NCBI GenBank assembly: GCA_964388525.1
Contig: CAYMAU010000002.1
Coordinates: forward strand, 17,034-81,033
Direction of reading: 5' to 3'
Source: an uncultured Aquiluna sp.
GTDB taxonomy: Bacteria > Actinomycetota > Actinomycetes > Actinomycetales > Microbacteriaceae
Length of the DNA: 64,000 nucleotides
In this document: positions 59,428-64,000 of the stretch, in pieces
How positions within the stretch are numbered: the first letter of the stretch is position 1
Layout of the letters: the number at the start of each line of letters is the position of its first letter
Translations under genes and position numbers: made by a program
The notes under the pieces: generated by a model
Database searches by the model: none
What the model was told of the DNA's origin: nothing
What the model saw: only the letters and a program-made list of their open reading frames with translations

Positions 59428-60690
59428 CTAGCCACGGATGGTGGCTGGAACGTTGTTTCCATCGAACTGCTGGATCAAGATGTTACCGTCTGTTGGGTCT
59501 CCAACGTCATTGAAGGTAATGTTTCCCGATGGACCGTCATAGTCTGCGGTTCCACCACCGTTGATGATGTCAGCACACTCAGCAAAGCTGGTGCACTTGG
59601 TGCCGTTTCCAGTACCTCCAGAAACTTCCTGAAGTTTCTCTGACATGTTGGCACCCTGGGTGCTACGCGCCTCTAGAGCAGCAAGTGCAAGCACTATAAC
59701 TGCGTCATAGGTCTCAGGACCGTAAGCGTTTAGCTCCAAGGCTGCGTTGCCGCGTGCCTGCCAGTTGGCATCAAGCTTCGCAACGAAGTCAGCAATGTTT
59801 GCCTCGTTCACGCCTGGGTAGGTACCCTTAGCACCCTCAAGGGTGCCAGCAGCGAAGTCTTCAGAGTAGTTGGTTAGGTTACCGTCAACGAAGTAAAGCT
59901 TGTCACCAGGGAACTGGCTTGTTAGCTCAGGCACGATGGTCTTTGCCTCGTCGAATGTAATTAGAACGATTGCGTCTGGATCTCCGGCTAGTGCCTCAGC
60001 AATCTGAGCGGTGAAGTTAGTGTCACCAGTGTTGTAGGTAGGCTCAGCAATAACCTCGCCACCAGCAGCCTCGAAGGCAGCCTTGGTGAATGCAGCTAGA
60101 CCGGTACCGTATGAGTCGTTTAGAACGATGAATGAGATTCTCTGGTGGCCATCTTCTGCGATTAGGTTACCCAGAACTTCGCCCTGAAGTACGTCTGAAG
60201 GAGCGGTACGGAAGTACAGTCCCTTGTCCTCGTAGTCAGTGAAAGCTGCTGAGGTGTTAGCTGGTGAGAAGTGAATTACACACTCAGCAATAACGCGGTC
60301 GATGAACTGAAGTGATACACCTGAAGATGCAGCACCAACGATTGCCTGAGCACCTGCGCCTAGAAGACGTGGGATTTCAGTGTCGTAAGCCTTGTTGTCG
60401 GTGTCACCAGAGTCGCCAAAAGTAGCGTCAATTGTGAGTCCCTTGTTGGCAGCGTTGATCTCGTCAATCGCTAGAGCAGCACCAGCTTCTTCTGGTGGGC
60501 CTAGGAAAGCGAGGTTACCGGTCAAAGGCAGTGCGGTACCTAGGTTTAGTACTAGGTCTCCATCCTGCTCAGGACCTAGCTCACAGCCGCCGGCGGTTGT
60601 TGTCGCTGCACAGCCAGCCAGAACAAGCGCCGAAACGCCTGCTGCAGACAAAGCCATGAGTGCACGCGACCTGTTGTTCTTTACGGTCAT
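59428..60690 (-). CDS. Branched-chain amino acid ABC transporter substrate-binding lipoprotein (LivJ/K-like, Peripla_BP_6)
   Basis: ATG 60690 is preceded by AAGGAG and gives MTVKNNRSRALMALSAAGVSALVLAGC with an LAGC lipobox. The body has the type I periplasmic binding fold pattern (GAASSGVS, YGTGLA). Confidence 0.88.
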   Translation of the reverse strand: MTVKNNRSRALMALSAAGVSALVLAGCAATTTAGGCELGPEQDGDLVLNLGTALPLTGNLAFLGPPEEAGAALAIDEINAANKGLTIDATFGDSGDTDNKAYDTEIPRLLGAGAQAIVGAASSGVSLQFIDRVIAECVIHFSPANTSAAFTDYEDKGLYFRTAPSDVLQGEVLGNLIAEDGHQRISFIVLNDSYGTGLAAFTKAAFEAAGGEVIAEPTYNTGDTNFTAQIAEALAGDPDAIVLITFDEAKTIVPELTSQFPGDKLYFVDGNLTNYSEDFAAGTLEGAKGTYPGVNEANIADFVAKLDANWQARGNAALELNAYGPETYDAVIVLALAALEARSTQGANMSEKLQEVSGGTGNGTKCTSFAECADIINGGGTADYDGPSGNITFNDVGDPTDGNILIQQFDGNNVPATIRG

Positions 60691-60941
60691 TGTTGCTCCT
60701 TGAAATAGCAATTTAAAATGCGAACACAGGCAGGGAGCCCGCGCGCTAACTAAAGCATACTAACTGCTTCATTTCATGGAGGTTAACGCACCGCCTAAAA
60801 CTAAAAATCAAATCGACCCCGATAATAGATTCGTAGTTTTTGTAAGATATTTCAACGATATCGGTGAAAAAGAGCCCAGATACTAAGCAAAACATAACTA
60901 TTTGCTCAAAAGTTAGATTGAGTAACAATTCTATTGCGAAT

Positions 60942-61850
60942 CTAAAGGGCTTCCAAAATAGGGGAGATCGGCCTTCTTCGGAAGGCATCTGAGGTCAGAA
61001 TCACCAGAGACACCCAAACCAATCCAAATCCGATCCAACGGACCGGAGGCATTTCCTCGCTCAATATGAAGTAGCCGGCTGAAAACTGCAGCACCGGCGT
61101 TAGGTACTGAATAAACCCGATCATCGAGAGGGGGATCCGACTTGCAGCAGCGCCGAACAAAATCAACGGCACCGCGGTCATTATTCCAAGGCCAATCAGG
61201 ACTGCTGCCTCCATCGGGCCGCTTAGGAGCATTATCGGTCCGAAGGATGCCACGACAATTAGTTGAATGATGGCGATTGGCAGCACCGTCGCTGATTCGA
61301 TTGTGAAACTCTGCAGGGCACCAATGTTTCGACCCACTCTGTTTTTCGCAAGCGAGTAGGTTCCAAAGCTCAACGCAAGAACAATAGCTATCCAGGGTGG
61401 GCGACCGTAGTCGACGGTCAGGACCAAGACCGCGATGAGTCCGACGCCTAGTGCCACCCACTGCATTCGTCTGAGCTTTTCTTTCAGTAAAACCACTGCA
61501 AACATGACGGTGACCAGTGGGTTTATGAAATAACCAAGAGAGGTCTCGATCACATTACCGGTAACAACCGCGACCACGTAAACCTGCCAATTGATAAAGA
61601 TAAAAATCGCCGCGACTGCAACCCAGACAAGTTTTTTCGGGGTTTTTACCAGAGCCAGAATCTGGCCCCAGGTCTTGGTGATTGTTACCAAAATCGCGGC
61701 AAACAAAAAGCCAAACACCACTCGCCAAACGACAGTCTCAAAAGGAGAGGCAAATTTTGATAGCTGGAAAAGTAGCGGAAACGAACCCCAAATCAAATAA
61801 GCGCCTGCTCCAAATGCCAGGCCCACCGTATTTACAGAACGCTTCTTCAC
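60942..61850 (-). CDS. rarD: EamA/RarD-family (DMT superfamily) transporter
   Basis: 302 aa with 10 TM helices. The N-terminal GAGAYLIWGSFPLLF is typical of RarD. GTG start. Confidence 0.78.
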   Translation of the reverse strand: MKKRSVNTVGLAFGAGAYLIWGSFPLLFQLSKFASPFETVVWRVVFGFLFAAILVTITKTWGQILALVKTPKKLVWVAVAAIFIFINWQVYVVAVVTGNVIETSLGYFINPLVTVMFAVVLLKEKLRRMQWVALGVGLIAVLVLTVDYGRPPWIAIVLALSFGTYSLAKNRVGRNIGALQSFTIESATVLPIAIIQLIVVASFGPIMLLSGPMEAAVLIGLGIMTAVPLILFGAAASRIPLSMIGFIQYLTPVLQFSAGYFILSEEMPPVRWIGFGLVWVSLVILTSDAFRRRPISPILEAL

Positions 61851-61874
61851 CTTGCAAGCCTAGGGGCATTAAAC

Positions 61875-61908
61875 GCAAAAAAGGACCCGGATTTCCGGGT
61901 CCTTTTTT
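61875..61908 (-). terminator. Intrinsic terminator immediately after groES (bidirectional form)
   Basis: aaaaaaggacccgg-attt-ccgggtcctttttt: 8-bp GC core extended by A/T tracts, 8 nt downstream of the groES stop. Confidence 0.8.
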
Positions 61909-61916
61909 GTGAATTT

Positions 61917-62213
61917 CTAGCGTTCGATAACCGCAAGAATGTCGCGGGCTGACAGCACAAGAAAGTCCTGGCCATCGTAACGAAGCTCAGTTCCGCCATA
62001 TTTGGAGAAGATAACAAGATCTCCAACTTTCAAGTCGACAGGTATGCGCTCGCCGTCCTCGCTGAAGCGACCCGGGCCAACTGAAATGACCTCGGCCTCT
62101 TGTGGCTTTTCCTTCGCTGTGTCTGGGATAACCAGACCTGACGCAGTTACCTGCTCGGCCTCAAGTGGACGAACAACAACGCGATCTTCAAGTGGCTTAA
62201 TAGAAACCGACAC
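61917..62213 (-). CDS. groES: Co-chaperonin GroES
   Basis: 98 aa. [10 protein letters not shown], the mobile-loop region [19 protein letters not shown], and [13 protein letters not shown] start with GAAGAGG SD. Confidence 0.95.
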   Translation of the reverse strand: MSVSIKPLEDRVVVRPLEAEQVTASGLVIPDTAKEKPQEAEVISVGPGRFSEDGERIPVDLKVGDLVIFSKYGGTELRYDGQDFLVLSARDILAVIER

Positions 62214-62244
62214 TGTTACCTCTTCTTTGTCTAAAGTTTGTGAA

Positions 62245-62271
62245 TTAGCAGACTCCCATCGAGAGTGCTAA
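62245..62271 (-). promoter_or_regulatory. CIRCE operator (HrcA binding site) upstream of groES
   Basis: On the - strand TTAGCACTC-N9-GTCTGCTAA versus consensus TTAGCACTC-N9-GAGTGCTAA (16/18 arm positions). Lies 32-58 nt upstream of the groES start. Confidence 0.75.
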
Positions 62272-62275
62272 TGCA

Positions 62276-62304
62276 ACTTTAGGTGTTATCAAGCGCTTGG
62301 TCAA
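62276..62304 (-). promoter_or_regulatory. Candidate sigma-70-type promoter of groES
   Basis: On the - strand TTGACC, a 17-nt spacer, then TAAAGT, ending 4 nt upstream of CIRCE. Confidence 0.5.
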
Positions 62305-62341
62305 GGTCAGTAGCCGCTATCGACAGCGGTAAGTTTAATGA

Positions 62342-63520
62342 GTGCCCGATCTAGACGAGAAAATTTTTGGACCCGAAGCTAGTCAGTTACTTAGCAAGCT
62401 GGGCTTCCTGGACGCAAAAGCAGACCTACTCAAACTGACAACCGATCTTAGAAAGCAAGGATACGAACCTCAGCTAGTGGCTCTGTGCATCTCCCAAGCA
62501 AAACTGCGTTCAAGAGCGGTGTCAAAATTTGGCTCAGAGCTTGCAAGCACAATGCTCTTCACGGAAGAAGGCCTCGAGCAAGCAACTCGACAGCAAGTTG
62601 CCGCTTGGCATGCCCAAAAGTTCTTGACTCACGGAATCAAGTCGGTCACGGATCTTGGTTGTGGCATCGGCGGAGACGCACTGGCCTTCGCCCAGGCAGG
62701 GCTTGGGGTTGCGGCCCTAGAAAAGGACGAACTGACGGCCAAAATCGCACGGCACAATTTGGCTGACTACCCAATGGCAAGGGTCTCCATTGCTGATGCT
62801 CTCGACATTGAAGCCGAATCGACATCATTCTGGCTCGACCCGGCCAGAAGAAAACTCAGCTCAAAAGCAACAGGAAGAGTCATGCTCAAGCCCGAGGACT
62901 TTTCGCCGAATCTGAATTTCGCCTTTGAGATCGGTGGCAGGCACACCGCGGGCATAAAGCTCGCCGGGAGCTTGCCTCACGAATTGATCCCGGAGGACTG
63001 CGAAGCAAATTGGGTGTCTCATAACAATGAACTTGTAGAAACCGTGCTCTGGTTTGGGGAACTTGGCCAAAGTGGCAAAAGGTCAGCCCTTATTTTGGCC
63101 GACACGATAATTGAATATTCCGCTGACTTGATTCAGGCACCGATAAGTGAAGTTGGCAAGTACGTTTACGACCCCAACCCAGCACTGGTTAGGTCTCACC
63201 TACTTGGAGCGTTTGCGATTGAAAATGGACTCTGGGGCATCGCACCCTCAATCGCATACCTCAGTTCCGACATTGAACTTAGTTCGCCCTGGCTAAGGGG
63301 GTTTGAGGTGATGGAGTCCTTGCCGCTTGATGTCAAGAGGATTGCCAAGAGAATGAGTGAACTTGATATTGGAACACTTGAAATAAAAAAACGCGGAGTA
63401 GACATCACTCCTGAGCAGCTTCGACCAAAGTTGAAACTAAAAGGAAAAAACGCCGCCACCCTGATTCTCACCAGGGTGGGCGACGCTCGTAAAGCACTGG
63501 TCTGTCAGCCCCTCAGCTAA
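62342..63520 (+). CDS. Class I SAM-dependent methyltransferase with a C-terminal THUMP-like region (probable RNA methyltransferase)
   Basis: 392 aa. Motif I VTDLGCGIGGDALAFAQAG. The overall length and architecture resemble actinobacterial THUMP-like-domain methyltransferases. GTG start. Substrate unknown. Confidence 0.6.
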   Translation: MPDLDEKIFGPEASQLLSKLGFLDAKADLLKLTTDLRKQGYEPQLVALCISQAKLRSRAVSKFGSELASTMLFTEEGLEQATRQQVAAWHAQKFLTHGIKSVTDLGCGIGGDALAFAQAGLGVAALEKDELTAKIARHNLADYPMARVSIADALDIEAESTSFWLDPARRKLSSKATGRVMLKPEDFSPNLNFAFEIGGRHTAGIKLAGSLPHELIPEDCEANWVSHNNELVETVLWFGELGQSGKRSALILADTIIEYSADLIQAPISEVGKYVYDPNPALVRSHLLGAFAIENGLWGIAPSIAYLSSDIELSSPWLRGFEVMESLPLDVKRIAKRMSELDIGTLEIKKRGVDITPEQLRPKLKLKGKNAATLILTRVGDARKALVCQPLS

Positions 63521-63537
63521 CGACTAGCAACCTGTGA

Positions 63538-63972
63538 CTAGTCGTCATGACCATGCATGCCACCGAATCCCCGCTGCAATTCGAACATGTCCTGCCCAAA
63601 AGGCTGGTGGCCAAATGACCCTGGCTCTACAAAAGCCGTAACGGAAGCTGCGAGTATTCCAAAAACAACCCACAATCCGATAGTCACATATCCGATGGTG
63701 ACACCGGTAATTGCCAGCTTGCGACCGTTTTGGTCGGACCGCTTTATCTGAGCCAACGCAATGTGCCCGGTGATAATTGCAGCCACCGCACCAATGCTTG
63801 TAAGCGCAGTCGCCAAGGAGACAACTGCCAAGCTATTGAGAGAGCGCCAATCAAACCGCTGTCTGTTTACCACTGCTACTTCTGGTGCTTGTTCGGGATG
63901 GATCTGCTCAGCGGACTCTTGATCCTTTGCAGCGGATGAATCTTTCGATTTCTTCGGAACCTTGTCGGTCAT
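63538..63972 (-). CDS. DUF4190-like small membrane protein
   Basis: 144 aa. Polar N-terminus, then two TM helices with the IITGHIALAQIKR...GRKLAITGVTIGY pattern typical of DUF4190, and a Gly/His-rich C-terminus. Confidence 0.6.
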   Translation of the reverse strand: MTDKVPKKSKDSSAAKDQESAEQIHPEQAPEVAVVNRQRFDWRSLNSLAVVSLATALTSIGAVAAIITGHIALAQIKRSDQNGRKLAITGVTIGYVTIGLWVVFGILAASVTAFVEPGSFGHQPFGQDMFELQRGFGGMHGHDD

Positions 63973-64000
63973 AATCTATTTTCCTGTCTACTTATTAGTG

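Noticed and set aside
60746-60988. 80-aa - strand ORF in the AT-rich region that overlaps the rarD 3' end
   Set aside because: It would begin inside rarD in another frame. AT-rich DNA produces chance ORFs, and there is no SD or domain signature. It is kept only as part of the AT-rich-region finding.
60931-61461. 176-aa - strand ORF overlapping rarD out of frame
   Set aside because: The rarD frame gives a coherent 10-TM DMT protein. The alternative frame is Arg/Gly/Pro-rich with no hydrophobic pattern.

Overview
This is a gene-dense window of roughly 50-55% GC by spot counts. It reads as conserved core chromosome of a small-genome actinobacterium. That assignment is inferred from gene order shared with Mycobacterium and related actinobacteria: add-deoA-cdd beside sdhCDAB, pcrA-sucC-sucD-PerM-like-purN-purH, guaB-guaB3, and ribH followed by a small membrane protein.

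Contents in order:
- An ascorbate-family PTS EIIA/EIIB pair.
- A nucleoside salvage block: add, deoA, cdd and a BMP-type ABC importer.
- manC-like, sdhCDAB plus a Tat-lipoprotein Rieske protein, xthA and trpS.
- An FMN riboswitch with ribD-ribE-ribBA-ribH.
- A small membrane protein, a low-GC orphan N6-adenine methyltransferase and an ABC exporter.
- kynU-kynA, then the one-carbon and purine genes folD, glyA and purU.
- A large glycine-rich surface protein, icd and a two-gene ABC exporter pair.
- purH-purN, a PerM-like membrane protein, sucDC, pcrA, a GDPD gene and guaA.
- A complete mannitol PTS regulon: DeoR regulator, EIIC/B/A, mtlD, ptsH and ptsI.
- A SURF1-like gene, guaB3, guaB, livHMGF with a convergent LivJ-like lipoprotein, rarD, a stand-alone groES with CIRCE, a THUMP-like methyltransferase and a DUF4190 protein.

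I found no rRNA, tRNA, CRISPR array, transposase or prophage. Genes are tightly packed, with many 1-11 nt overlaps, two convergent overlaps, frequent GTG/TTG starts, and a 27-kb co-directional run at 27745-55013.

Nothing here looks like a clear multi-gene novel system such as a defense island. The most unusual items are:
- The tail-anchored Gly_rich (ALK-type polyglycine) surface protein.
- The orphan low-GC methyltransferase wedged into a conserved gene string.
- A LivH permease with a fused extracytoplasmic domain.
- A Rieske lipoprotein riding on the sdh operon.
- A groES gene with no groEL.

All function calls rest on motif recognition and remembered family features, not on database searches.
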